Positions 1 to 9,191 of a stretch of DNA of 64,000 bases are shown piece after piece (positions within the stretch are counted from its first letter, which is position 1; each line of letters begins with the position of its first letter). A model generated the notes under the pieces. That model had not been told where the DNA came from. It saw only the letters and a list, made by a program, of their open reading frames with translations, and did no database searches. The position numbers and the translations under genes are program-made. This stretch comes from Patescibacteria group bacterium (GTDB taxonomy: Bacteria; Patescibacteriota; Microgenomatia; UBA8517), in NCBI GenBank assembly GCA_038062745.1, contig JBBTWO010000012.1, positions 249-64,248 on the forward strand, read 5' to 3'.

Positions 1-1146
1 AAAAGCTTTTTTGGCATCGATTTTTTCAATCTTTTCTGCCTCTTTCATTCCTTTGTCTAAAGTTCTTACAAATTTACTGACTTCGTCACTCAATATCTCA
101 TGAATCAACTTCTTATTTTTTAGTAAACTTTCGTATTGATCCGACATTAGTTGAATATAAACGTCAGCGAGAGAATTAATAGAATCTTCATACTTTTCAA
201 TACCTAGGCGACTCATCTGCAGAATCGTTCTTCTTATAAGTCTTCTTAATACATAACCTTGCTGTTTATTTGAAGAAATTATTCCATCACTAATTACAAA
301 AACAGAAGCTCTAGTATGGTCTGCGATTATTCTAAATGTTTTTGTATTATCTGAATATTGTTTCCCTGAGAGTTCAGAGATTTTATCTATTGCCCCTACC
401 CATAAATCAGTTTTATAGTCATCATCTAGTCCATTTACAACTGCCAGAATTCTCTCAAGACCCATGCCTGTATCGACATTTGGTTCAGGTAGTTTCTCGA
501 AACTACCATCAGACATCTTGTTATATTGCATAAAAACATCGTTCCAAACTTCAGAAAACCTTCCACATGAGCATCCTGGCTTACAATCTGATCCGTGAGA
601 TTTTCCGGTTACATCATAATGCATTTCAGTATCAGGCCCACAAGGACCAGTTATTCCTGCAGGACCCCACCAATTATCTTTCTTATCAAAGAAGAATATT
701 CTCTCTTCTGGTATTCCTAAAGATTTCCAAATCTCTGCCGACTCAATATCTTTTGGGGCATCCTCATCACCGACAAAGCAAGTTATGTAAATCCTCTCTG
801 AATCCAATTTTAACTCTTGGGTCAAAAACTCATAAGACCATTTAATAGCATCTTCTTTAAAGTAGTCTCCCAAACTCCAATTTCCAAGCATCTCAAAGAA
901 GGTGTGATGGTTGAAATCTCCCACCTCATCAATATCATCAGTACGCAGACATTTTTGAACATCAACCAATCTTTTACCCATTGGGTGGACTTCGCCTAAC
1001 AAATACGGTACCAGTGGATGCATACCCGCAGTAGTAAACAAAACAGTGGGGTCGTTCTGTGGGACCAAAGAAGCGGAAGGAATTCTTTTGTGGCCTTTTT
1101 TCTCAAAAAATTCCAGATATTTTTGGCGTACTTCTGAAGCTTTCAT
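1..1146 (-). CDS. alaS: Alanine--tRNA ligase, 5' part (runs off the window start)
   Basis: Not in the ORF track. Manual translation from ATG at 1146 gives MKASEVRQKYLEFFEKKGH...DPTVLFTTAGM...QKCLRTDDIDEVG..HHTFFEMLGNWSLGDYFK, the AlaRS N-terminal signature. Confidence 0.97.
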   Translation of the reverse strand, partial: MKASEVRQKYLEFFEKKGHKRIPSASLVPQNDPTVLFTTAGMHPLVPYLLGEVHPMGKRLVDVQKCLRTDDIDEVGDFNHHTFFEMLGNWSLGDYFKEDAIKWSYEFLTQELKLDSERIYITCFVGDEDAPKDIESAEIWKSLGIPEERIFFFDKKDNWWGPAGITGPCGPDTEMHYDVTGKSHGSDCKPGCSCGRFSEVWNDVFMQYNKMSDGSFEKLPEPNVDTGMGLERILAVVNGLDDDYKTDLWVGAIDKISELSGKQYSDNTKTFRIIADHTRASVFVISDGIISSNKQQGYVLRRLIRRTILQMSRLGIEKYEDSINSLADVYIQLMSDQYESLLKNKKLIHEILSDEVSKFVRTLDKGMKEAEKIEKIDAKKAF

Positions 1147-1203
1147 ACAGGCAATTATATCTCAACTTGCGTTTTTGTGCATTTTTGGTATTATTTGCCA
1201 AGA

Positions 1204-1512
1204 ATGTTAGAAATAGACAAATCCAAAATAAAATTACCTACTCCAAACTGTATCGGATGCCCTGCCTTAGATAGATATATAGATTTACTTTCTTTTCGTA
1301 CACCATACATTCCCAATGGAGTTGAATTAGAATTGCAAGAATTGCAAATAGGCTGCTGGGTTTATATTAGCGAAATGAAAGCTAATCTTTCTGGACGTAG
1401 AGCCGACACTTGGAAAAATGAAAAGGGAGAAGAAAGATATATAACTGCTTACACAATTGAAACTTCAGACCACGCTCCTCAGAACTGTCCAAAAGTAAAT
1501 TCTCAAGGTTAA
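1204..1512 (+). CDS. Hypothetical protein (~102 aa, contains CxxC)
   Basis: ORF fills the gap between alaS and the next convergent gene; ATG at 1204; CIGCP motif; no family recognised. Confidence 0.55.
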   Translation: MLEIDKSKIKLPTPNCIGCPALDRYIDLLSFRTPYIPNGVELELQELQIGCWVYISEMKANLSGRRADTWKNEKGEERYITAYTIETSDHAPQNCPKVNSQG

Positions 1513-1751
1513 ATTCTGTTTTCTCCGTGAGAAGTAACGCCTTTGCCTTTTCTAAACATTGAAAGAACTCCAGTTAGTTTTTCAGGTCTAATCAGCCCTC
1601 CACCCAAAATTGCATCTTCTAAGATTGAATTCAAGCGTTTTATAGATTTTCTAAGATCGATAATAACCATAACAATTTGAATTCCCACAATCACTAAAAG
1701 TGTTGTTAGAGATACAACTACTACCACCAGTAATGTTTGGATGCCTTCCAT
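1509..1751 (-). CDS. Small single-TM membrane protein
   Basis: 80 aa, long N-terminal hydrophobic helix followed by an amphipathic segment; lies directly after the RodZ-like gene. Confidence 0.75.
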   Translation of the reverse strand: MEGIQTLLVVVVVSLTTLLVIVGIQIVMVIIDLRKSIKRLNSILEDAILGGGLIRPEKLTGVLSMFRKGKGVTSHGENRI

Positions 1752-1760
1752 AAATATTAT

Positions 1761-2390
1761 TTAATCTGTTAATTTTACTTGAATAGACCTTGTAATGATA
1801 GTAGTTTTATTGTTGCGTGATTTTGCCACAACTTCAACTTTAGTTGTTTGTTCATTAACTTCAATTTCTGTTTTAAATACTCCCTTGTCATCCACAAGTG
1901 TTGGTTGATTGTTTATTTTGATAGTTGCCCCAGGATCTGTTTTCCCAGAAACTTCCAAATTGGCAACTTGGATTAATTGAGATTCAATTGGGGTATCAAC
2001 TTGTAATTTTGGGGGGCTTATAAAGTTAACATATTGCATAGTTAGATAGCCCAAAATTAAAAGTAAAACTCCTGCAGCTGCAGTTAAAAAAGTTAATCTT
2101 GGTGTCCAAACAAATTTATTGGAAACATCGGGTTTGGGAGAGACGGCAAGTTTTTGTGGCGGATAATCGCGTCTCAAAAAGGCCAATGCTTGGTCCGAGT
2201 TGGTTTCAAGTGCGTCAGCAATACTTTTTACAAATCCCCTAACCACAGGAAATTCCGGCAACTTAACCCAATCCTCTTCTTCAATTGCCGTTAAAAACTC
2301 TATTCTAATTTTAGTTTTACCCTCAAGATGTGCCTTTGAATAACTTTTATTCATTCGAGCTTCTTTGAGGAATTGCCCGATTGTTTTCAT
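1761..2390 (-). CDS. RodZ-like protein (HTH, TM helix, Ig-like C-terminus)
   Basis: MKTIGQFLKEAR..TKIRIEFLTAIEEEDW.KLP...VRGFVK resembles the RodZ HTH; central TM; beta-rich C-terminus; downstream of ftsK. Confidence 0.8.
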   Translation of the reverse strand: MKTIGQFLKEARMNKSYSKAHLEGKTKIRIEFLTAIEEEDWVKLPEFPVVRGFVKSIADALETNSDQALAFLRRDYPPQKLAVSPKPDVSNKFVWTPRLTFLTAAAGVLLLILGYLTMQYVNFISPPKLQVDTPIESQLIQVANLEVSGKTDPGATIKINNQPTLVDDKGVFKTEIEVNEQTTKVEVVAKSRNNKTTIITRSIQVKLTD

Positions 2391-2403
2391 TTATTTTTAT
2401 ATC

Positions 2404-4515
2404 TCAAGCCGAAGGACCACTGGTCAAAAATTGTTCAGCATTCTGCATAATAACCTCTCTGGGTTTTGCTCCGTCGGCTGGTCCAACTATCCCTGCGGCT
2501 TCTAGTTGATCAATCAGTCTAGCAGCTCTAGCATAGCCAACCGACAATCTTCGCTGCAAAAGTGATGCCGATGCTTTTCCACTTTGAGCCACAGTTCTGA
2601 CCGCTTCACTAAACATCTCATCAGCATCCCCACCAACTCCCGCTACTGGATTAGCTCCCTTTTTGGGCATTGAAACAACTTCTTCTGTATATTGTGGATT
2701 AACTCCTTGGTTTTTAATAAACGTCATTAAACTATTTACATCACGGTCACTAATAAAGGCTCCTTGGATTCTGTTTGGTTTAGCAGCTTCTGGGGGAAGA
2801 TACAACATATCTCCTTTACCAAGCAGTTTTTCAGCTCCTTGGGTATCAAGAATAACTCTGGAATCCACCAGCGAAGCCACAGCAAAAGCAATTCTGGTTG
2901 GAATATTGGCTTTGATAAGTCCAGTGATAACATTTACCGATGGTCTTTGCGTTGCCAAGACCATATGGATGCCAGTTGCTCGGCTCATCTGAGCAATACG
3001 GGTAATTGCATCTTCCACTTCAACGGGGGACAAAAGCATAATGTCTGCCAACTCATCAATAACTACAACAATGTAGGGCATAGCTTGAAAACCGCTCATT
3101 TCGTTGTACGAAGCAATGTTCCTTGCTCCCACCTGAGCAAATAATTTATATCTCCTGTCCATTTCACTCATTACCCAGCGGAGAGCTGAGATAACTTTTT
3201 CTGGTTCTACAATAACTGGGGTAAGTAAATGTGGAATATTATTATAACCCGTTAACTCCACGCGTTTGGGATCAACCAAGATTAGCTTCACTTCCGATGG
3301 AGAAGCACGAAAAAGAAGTGATGACAAAAAAGTGTTGATGGCCACAGATTTACCAGATCCAGTTTGGCCAGCGATTAAAACATGTGGCATTTTGCTCAAG
3401 TCTCCAACAACTGGCTTACCACCAACGTCCAACCCTAAAGCAACTGCGAGTTTTGAAGGATTATCGCGCATAGCATCAGACTCCAAAATTTTCCTCAGGG
3501 GTACAAATTCGGGTGCACGATTTGGCAGCTCAATACCAACCAAACTTCTTCCAGGAATTGGGGCTTCAATTCTTATTGTTCCAGTTGTGGCAGCCAGAGC
3601 CAAAGCCATATCGCGATCAAGTCCTGTTATTTTGGATAGTTTTGTTCCCAAAGCTACTTCTAATGCATATTGGGTAACGGCCGGACCCAGGTTTACTTCA
3701 ACTACTCGTGCTGTAACACCAAATGATTCAAGGGTTTGTTCAATGATTGCAGCGTTAGCTTTAATGTCTCCTCGGTCAGCCTTCCCTGCTTCTGATTGTT
3801 CCAAAAGCGAAAGAGAAGGATATTTCCAGATCTTTTCCTCCCCGGGAATGTTAGTAATTAATTTTGAACTTAGTTCTTCTTGTTTTTGGTTTGGACTCTT
3901 AAGAATTGGGGCTGGTGAATTAATTTGAGGACTGCTGGATCCACCTGCAACTTTAAATTCTTTTTTGTTCATGCCGGAAAGTGAAGGGTTTAGTTTTGCA
4001 ACATCTTTTTCGCCAACCAAATATCTCCTTAAATATCTAAGCCAGGTGGCCATAATTCCCAACACTTGATCGACTGAGGTGTTGAATAAAATTACCAACC
4101 CCACAAAACACAAACCAAACAAAACTATAAAAGCTCCAGGGGTTGTAATTAAAGTTGCAATTGATTCCCAGGATGATTGGCCAAGTATCCCAGCTTTTGT
4201 TAGTGTTGCTAAGGACAAAAAGAACAACAAATAGCCAACAACTACATTAGGTTGGGAAAGAGGTGACTTAAATTTTGAAATCATGAAACCAAAAGACAAA
4301 AACAAAAAAGACAAAAAGATTGCAGTCCAAGAAAAATACTCAATTAAAAAATCATTAATACCTACCAAAATTAACCCTCTTCTCCAAAATGAGATGACAA
4401 TTAGTCCTGCAAGTGCAAAAAAGATTACTTGAGCAATTGAGTAAGTTGTATTTTTCTTAAGCCTTAATTTAAAGGATCTTCTTGGCTGTCTTAATCTCTT
4501 TTTTTTCTTAGACAT
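2404..4515 (-). CDS. ftsK: DNA translocase FtsK/SpoIIIE
   Basis: N-terminal TM helices, PHVLIAGQTGSGKS Walker A, VDPKRVEL, LATQRPSV, gamma domain ASASLLQRRLSVGYARAARL. Confidence 0.97.
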   Translation of the reverse strand: MSKKKKRLRQPRRSFKLRLKKNTTYSIAQVIFFALAGLIVISFWRRGLILVGINDFLIEYFSWTAIFLSFLFLSFGFMISKFKSPLSQPNVVVGYLLFFLSLATLTKAGILGQSSWESIATLITTPGAFIVLFGLCFVGLVILFNTSVDQVLGIMATWLRYLRRYLVGEKDVAKLNPSLSGMNKKEFKVAGGSSSPQINSPAPILKSPNQKQEELSSKLITNIPGEEKIWKYPSLSLLEQSEAGKADRGDIKANAAIIEQTLESFGVTARVVEVNLGPAVTQYALEVALGTKLSKITGLDRDMALALAATTGTIRIEAPIPGRSLVGIELPNRAPEFVPLRKILESDAMRDNPSKLAVALGLDVGGKPVVGDLSKMPHVLIAGQTGSGKSVAINTFLSSLLFRASPSEVKLILVDPKRVELTGYNNIPHLLTPVIVEPEKVISALRWVMSEMDRRYKLFAQVGARNIASYNEMSGFQAMPYIVVVIDELADIMLLSPVEVEDAITRIAQMSRATGIHMVLATQRPSVNVITGLIKANIPTRIAFAVASLVDSRVILDTQGAEKLLGKGDMLYLPPEAAKPNRIQGAFISDRDVNSLMTFIKNQGVNPQYTEEVVSMPKKGANPVAGVGGDADEMFSEAVRTVAQSGKASASLLQRRLSVGYARAARLIDQLEAAGIVGPADGAKPREVIMQNAEQFLTSGPSA

Positions 4516-4529
4516 TGTGGTAGGTTAAT

Positions 4530-4552
4530 TATATCAGGCAATACCTGATATA
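4530..4552. promoter_or_regulatory. Perfect 9-bp inverted repeat between rnj and ftsK (operator or hairpin)
   Basis: TATATCAGG-CAATA-CCTGATATA, overlapping a minus-strand TATAAT upstream of the ftsK ATG. Confidence 0.4.
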
Positions 4553-4574
4553 TGCTACGCATATAACTACAAAG

Positions 4575-6221
4575 TCAGACCTCAACAACTACAGGTAAAA
4601 CCATTGGGCGCCTTTTAATCTCTTCCCAGAAGTATTTCTCAAGATAATTTGCAGCTTCTGCTTTTACCATTCTTGAATCAACTATGTTTTTATTGTTTAA
4701 AAATCTCTTTAGTAAGTCTGCTGCTTTTTCGAGCAAGTCTGAAGATTTTCCTTCAAACACAAAACCTCGACTAATAAGTTCTGGCGCATTAACTATTTTC
4801 CTTTGCGCTTTATCAAATTGAATCAAGGCAATTAATACTCCATCTTTGGCCAATACTTGCCTGTCTCGCAAAACCATACTTCCAACATCACCAACCCCAA
4901 GCCCATCAACCAAAACTTGTCTGACTGGAATTCTTCCAGAAATTTTTCCTTGATCTTTAACAAATTCAACAATATCTCCAGCATTTAATTCAAATACACT
5001 TGCCGGCTTTGCACCCATTTGGTAAGCAATGTTGGCGTAACCCCTGTTGTGCCTAACTGTTCCCCCAATTGGCATGTAGTATTTTGGTTTAACTATTGCC
5101 ATGAGCATTTTAATATCTCCACTGCTTCCATGGCCTGAAACATGCAGATCCTCTTGAATATCATAATAATGAACATCAATGCCGTTTTGAATCATTTGAT
5201 CAACTACTGCATCAACACTTTCTTTGCTTCCTGGAGGAGCAGGGTCGGACGAATAAATAACTGTGTCTCCCTTGTACATTGCCAGTAAATCATGTTCTCC
5301 CATAGCAACTCTGGTTAATGCCGAATCTGTTTGACCGTAGCTGCCAGAAATAATATACATTCTTTTGTCAGCTGGTAACTTGGCAATTTGTCTGGGGTGA
5401 ATAACCAAATTATCTGGATAGTGCAGATAGCCTAATTTTTTAGCGATCTGTGCCTTAACATCAATGCTTCGACCAATAAAAGCAACCTTTCTGCCATTTT
5501 TGATAGCAACGTTCAGTGCTTGTTGAATTCTTGAAATATTACTTGAAATTGTTGTGAAGAAAACTTGCTGAGTTGCATGATTAACAATGTTTTCAATAAT
5601 TGGCTCAATTGTTATTTCGCTGTCAGTGTAACCTGGAGAGTTGGACCCCAAGGCATCAGAAGCCAGAGAAATAACTCTGTCTTTGGCAAGTACTGCAAGT
5701 TTATTTACATCAAATGGTTTCTTATCAACTGGTGTCCAATCAAATTTATAATCTGGAATATGGAAATGTTTTCCCTCGGCAGACTCTATACAAAAACCAA
5801 CTCCATCTGGAACTGAGTGAGAAACACGAAATGCAGTAACCCTAAAAGACCCAAGATTTAAAATATCCCGGTCAGGATCAAACACATTTACCTTTACTTT
5901 TTTAGCAGCTTTATCTTCAAATTTTTCTTCAATAAATCCTGCAACTAATTTAGTTGCATATATTGGTACATCAACGTTATCTGCAAATAAAAATGGTAGG
6001 GCACCAATGTGATCTTCGTGTCCGTGAGTAATAAGAATGGCTTTAAGTTTGTGAATATTTTCTTTTACATAAGTGAAGTCTGGAATAATAAGATCCACTC
6101 CATACATGTCTGGATTTGGAAATCCAACACCACAATCGACCATGATCATGTCCGTCCCTTGTTCATAGATGTAACAGTTTTCTGTTACTCCTGTTGTTCC
6201 TGATAGTGCGATGAATTTCAT
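4575..6221 (-). CDS. rnj: Ribonuclease J
   Basis: Metallo-beta-lactamase motif ITHGHEDHIG, SHSVPD, HVSGH, C-terminal RRPMVLPVVVEV. Confidence 0.96.
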   Translation of the reverse strand: MKFIALSGTTGVTENCYIYEQGTDMIMVDCGVGFPNPDMYGVDLIIPDFTYVKENIHKLKAILITHGHEDHIGALPFLFADNVDVPIYATKLVAGFIEEKFEDKAAKKVKVNVFDPDRDILNLGSFRVTAFRVSHSVPDGVGFCIESAEGKHFHIPDYKFDWTPVDKKPFDVNKLAVLAKDRVISLASDALGSNSPGYTDSEITIEPIIENIVNHATQQVFFTTISSNISRIQQALNVAIKNGRKVAFIGRSIDVKAQIAKKLGYLHYPDNLVIHPRQIAKLPADKRMYIISGSYGQTDSALTRVAMGEHDLLAMYKGDTVIYSSDPAPPGSKESVDAVVDQMIQNGIDVHYYDIQEDLHVSGHGSSGDIKMLMAIVKPKYYMPIGGTVRHNRGYANIAYQMGAKPASVFELNAGDIVEFVKDQGKISGRIPVRQVLVDGLGVGDVGSMVLRDRQVLAKDGVLIALIQFDKAQRKIVNAPELISRGFVFEGKSSDLLEKAADLLKRFLNNKNIVDSRMVKAEAANYLEKYFWEEIKRRPMVLPVVVEV

Positions 6222-6223
6222 AA

Positions 6224-6853
6224 TTAAATTAACTCCATTTGTTCTGGTTTTTCATTTTCTTGTCTTTGTTGTTTTGCAATGTTCTCTACTTGAGTAAAAG
6301 TCTCTGGTAGTTTCATAAAATCTTTTTTGAATTCTGTCATTATTGATCCGTTTCGCAGAGCCGCAGCGGGGTGGTACATCGGGACAACAGTCACATCCCT
6401 ATTTTTGTATTTTATCACAGTCTTTTGCCCATGAACAGCTGATATTTTAGCACTTGGCAAGAACTTGCCCATTGAGAATCTTCCCAGAGTTACGATTACT
6501 AATGGCTTAATTATTTCAAGTTCCCGATCCAAATATGCTTCATAAGCAGCAAGTTCTTCTGGCAGTGGATCTCGATTATTAGGGGGTCTGGTTTTTACCA
6601 TATTGGTAATATAAACATCATCCCTACTTACTTTTATCGCAGCCAATCCTTTATCTAACAATTTCCCAGCTTGACCAACAAATGGTTTTCGCTGAATTGA
6701 TTCATTGTATCCACCGGCTTCTCCGATGAAAACAACCTGAGCATCAGGATTTCCATCTCCTGGAATTATATCTGTGGGTTTTGATATTAAAGGAAGTTTA
6801 CTGTCTGCTTCCATATCAGCTTTTATTTTTTGAAGTTCTTCTTTTTTACTCAT
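6224..6853 (-). CDS. Uracil-DNA glycosylase, family 4-like
   Basis: FIGEAGG..E...KPFVGQAG.LLD, TNMVKTRPPNNRDP, YHPAAALRN; the usual Fe-S cysteines are not evident. Confidence 0.9.
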   Translation of the reverse strand: MSKKEELQKIKADMEADSKLPLISKPTDIIPGDGNPDAQVVFIGEAGGYNESIQRKPFVGQAGKLLDKGLAAIKVSRDDVYITNMVKTRPPNNRDPLPEELAAYEAYLDRELEIIKPLVIVTLGRFSMGKFLPSAKISAVHGQKTVIKYKNRDVTVVPMYHPAAALRNGSIMTEFKKDFMKLPETFTQVENIAKQQRQENEKPEQMELI

Positions 6854-6861
6854 ATTGTATT

Positions 6862-7995
6862 TTAGTTAAATATCTTCAGATATTCTTTATGCTCAAACAT
6901 ACGTCCATATTTCACCGATTGATCTTGTTGATGCAATATTCCTGCTTTAATAAATTTATTTATTAATCTATTTGCTGCAACTCGGGATAATCCGGTCCAT
7001 TCTTCTATTTTTCGAACATTAACAATGGGTAATTTATACATTTGCTCCAAAACTTTCATACCTGTTTCACTAGATCTACCAAATACACTTACTTTTGCCA
7101 TATCGCTTTTTTGAATGTTTGTAATTTGTTTTGAAGAAGTTATAGCATCATTAGCAACAGCACACACTCCCTGCAAGAAAAATTTAATCCATCTAGATAC
7201 GTCAATAGAATTTTTTGAAAAATGATAGGAATGCAACAATTCAAAGTATATATCTCTATTTTTCTTGAAATATTCAGACAAATACAATACAGGCTTCTCT
7301 AAGATTCCCTGTTGACAGAGAAAAAATGTAACAAGCAAACGTCCAGTCCTTCCATTGCCATCTAAAAAAGGGTGAATAGTCTCAAACTGAGAATGTATTA
7401 GTGCAGTTTTGATAAGGGGTGGCAAGTCACTTTCTTTATATATAAATTTTTCTAAATCATCCAACCCTCTCTTCATATCATCAACAGGAGGCGGAACAAA
7501 CTTTGCAGTTGCAGGAGAATTTCCTCCTATCCAATTTTGACTATTCCTAAATTCTCCAGGACCAGCAAAATGATCTGACCTTGCATTTGTTAAAAGAACA
7601 TTATGAACTTCTCTAATAAGCCTTAAGGACAACGGCAAAGTCTGAAGTCTGTTCAATCCGTAATTCATAGCTTGAATATAATGAAGAATATCGTCAACAT
7701 CTTTAGGTAAATTTTCTGTAACTCCAACGTCAGCTTTAATTGCATCTGCCATTGTCGCTCCAGTTCCTTCTATTTGGCTGGATAGTGTAGCCTCTTTTCT
7801 AACATACATAAATATGAAAAAATCTAAATCTGGAAGTAATTGGGTAATTCCATCCAATTTTCCCAACGCCAAGTCCGCCTGGGAGAGCAGCTTCACCATC
7901 TCATTGTCCAAAGTAACCAAGCCTTCAGGAGGGAACTTTTCAGGCACATAAGCCTTGAAGCCTTTAGGTTGTAAAATCATTTTTCCAAGCAACAT
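6862..7995 (-). CDS. Fic family protein (class II-like, with C-terminal HTH-like region)
   Basis: HPFLDGNGRTGR Fic motif; SSQIEG inhibitory-helix motif. Confidence 0.93.
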   Translation of the reverse strand: MLLGKMILQPKGFKAYVPEKFPPEGLVTLDNEMVKLLSQADLALGKLDGITQLLPDLDFFIFMYVRKEATLSSQIEGTGATMADAIKADVGVTENLPKDVDDILHYIQAMNYGLNRLQTLPLSLRLIREVHNVLLTNARSDHFAGPGEFRNSQNWIGGNSPATAKFVPPPVDDMKRGLDDLEKFIYKESDLPPLIKTALIHSQFETIHPFLDGNGRTGRLLVTFFLCQQGILEKPVLYLSEYFKKNRDIYFELLHSYHFSKNSIDVSRWIKFFLQGVCAVANDAITSSKQITNIQKSDMAKVSVFGRSSETGMKVLEQMYKLPIVNVRKIEEWTGLSRVAANRLINKFIKAGILHQQDQSVKYGRMFEHKEYLKIFN

Positions 7996-8046
7996 ATGTT
8001 AACTTTATATCACTTATAGTTAACATCTGTCAAGTAGATGTTAACT
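7996..8046. promoter_or_regulatory. Three GTTAAC-centred boxes at 21-bp spacing over the fic promoter
   Basis: GTTAAC at 7998, 8019 and 8040; minus-strand TTGACA at 8033-8028. Confidence 0.6.
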
Positions 8047-8101
8047 TTGGTGTTTTATACCGTAACGCAAAGGTAACCATAGAGGAGACAAAATTACCTT
8101 G

Positions 8102-9148
8102 TTACTGAGGTAAAAATTCTTTGACATTTTGTGAGGTAATATGAAATTGATTTCCTTTTCCTTCAACCATTGCACGAGCTACTTTTCTAACAACTCCTTT
8201 TAAAGTTCTTTCAAGTGTACGAATACCAGCATCATATCCCAAAGGTCTAGCAATATTTACCCAGACATCTTCATCAAAAGTAATTGTTCCCTCTGGGATT
8301 CCAGATTCTTTCAAAGTTTTAGGCAACATGTATTTTTGAGCAATGGTAATTTTTTCTTGATCTGTATAGGAAGGCATGACAATTGGTTCAATACGATCCA
8401 TAACAGCTGTTGCAATATTGGTAGTGTTGTTTGCAGTTGCGATAAACAAACATTCTGAAAGATTCACTGGAAAATCAATGTAGTGATCTGTAAATGCTTT
8501 GTTTTGTTCTGGATCCAGGAGTTCTACCAACACACCCATGATAGATGCTCTTCCTTGATCAGTCACGCGATCAATTTCATCCAAAAGTATTACTGGATTT
8601 CTACTACCTGCATTTCTCAAGGCTTTAATTATTTTTCCTGGTTCTGATTCAGGATGCATTCGAGATTGTCCACGCAAGTCCAGAGGATCTCCCATACCTC
8701 CAAAGGGAATACGCTCTATCTTTCTGCCCATTGCTTCTGCAATTGAGTAGGCAATAGTTGTTTTACCAGTACCAACTAATCCAACGAAACACAAAATTGG
8801 AGCCCTGGCAATATCTCCAATTTCTCCTTTGTCTGCTTTTAATTTCATAATTGAGACATATTCCAAGATGTGATCCTTAATCTCAGCTAAACCAAAGTGG
8901 TGCATATCCATTACTTCTTGTGTTCTTTTTAAATCTAAAATATCTGTTGTTTTTTGGGTCCAAGGAATATTTACTATCCAATCAATGTAACGCTGTAAAC
9001 TATCAATTTCTGGCAAAAATGACGGAGAGGTAGTAAGTTTTGCAAGTTGAGCAATACGATTATTTATTCTTGCAGCCAAATCCTGCGGAATTTGCACTCC
9101 TTGAAGTTTTTGAGTCAATGCTTGTAGTTCTTGTACACCAGTATCCAT
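8102..9148 (-). CDS. Lon-type AAA+ ATPase lacking the N-terminal and protease domains
   Basis: YIDWIVNIPW, HHFGLAEIKDHILEY, PILCFVGLVGTGKTT, NPVILLDEID, ELLDPEQNKAFTDHY; the protein ends before any Ser-Lys protease domain. Confidence 0.88.
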   Translation of the reverse strand: MDTGVQELQALTQKLQGVQIPQDLAARINNRIAQLAKLTTSPSFLPEIDSLQRYIDWIVNIPWTQKTTDILDLKRTQEVMDMHHFGLAEIKDHILEYVSIMKLKADKGEIGDIARAPILCFVGLVGTGKTTIAYSIAEAMGRKIERIPFGGMGDPLDLRGQSRMHPESEPGKIIKALRNAGSRNPVILLDEIDRVTDQGRASIMGVLVELLDPEQNKAFTDHYIDFPVNLSECLFIATANNTTNIATAVMDRIEPIVMPSYTDQEKITIAQKYMLPKTLKESGIPEGTITFDEDVWVNIARPLGYDAGIRTLERTLKGVVRKVARAMVEGKGNQFHITSQNVKEFLPQ

Positions 9149-9191
9149 ACATTAATATTATCACGTAAAAGGTAACATCACGAAGAGCCGT

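Noticed and set aside
336-1274. Short plus-strand ORFs (336, 567, 817, 1059)
   Set aside because: They are antisense shadows of alaS, which the ORF track missed because it runs off the window edge.
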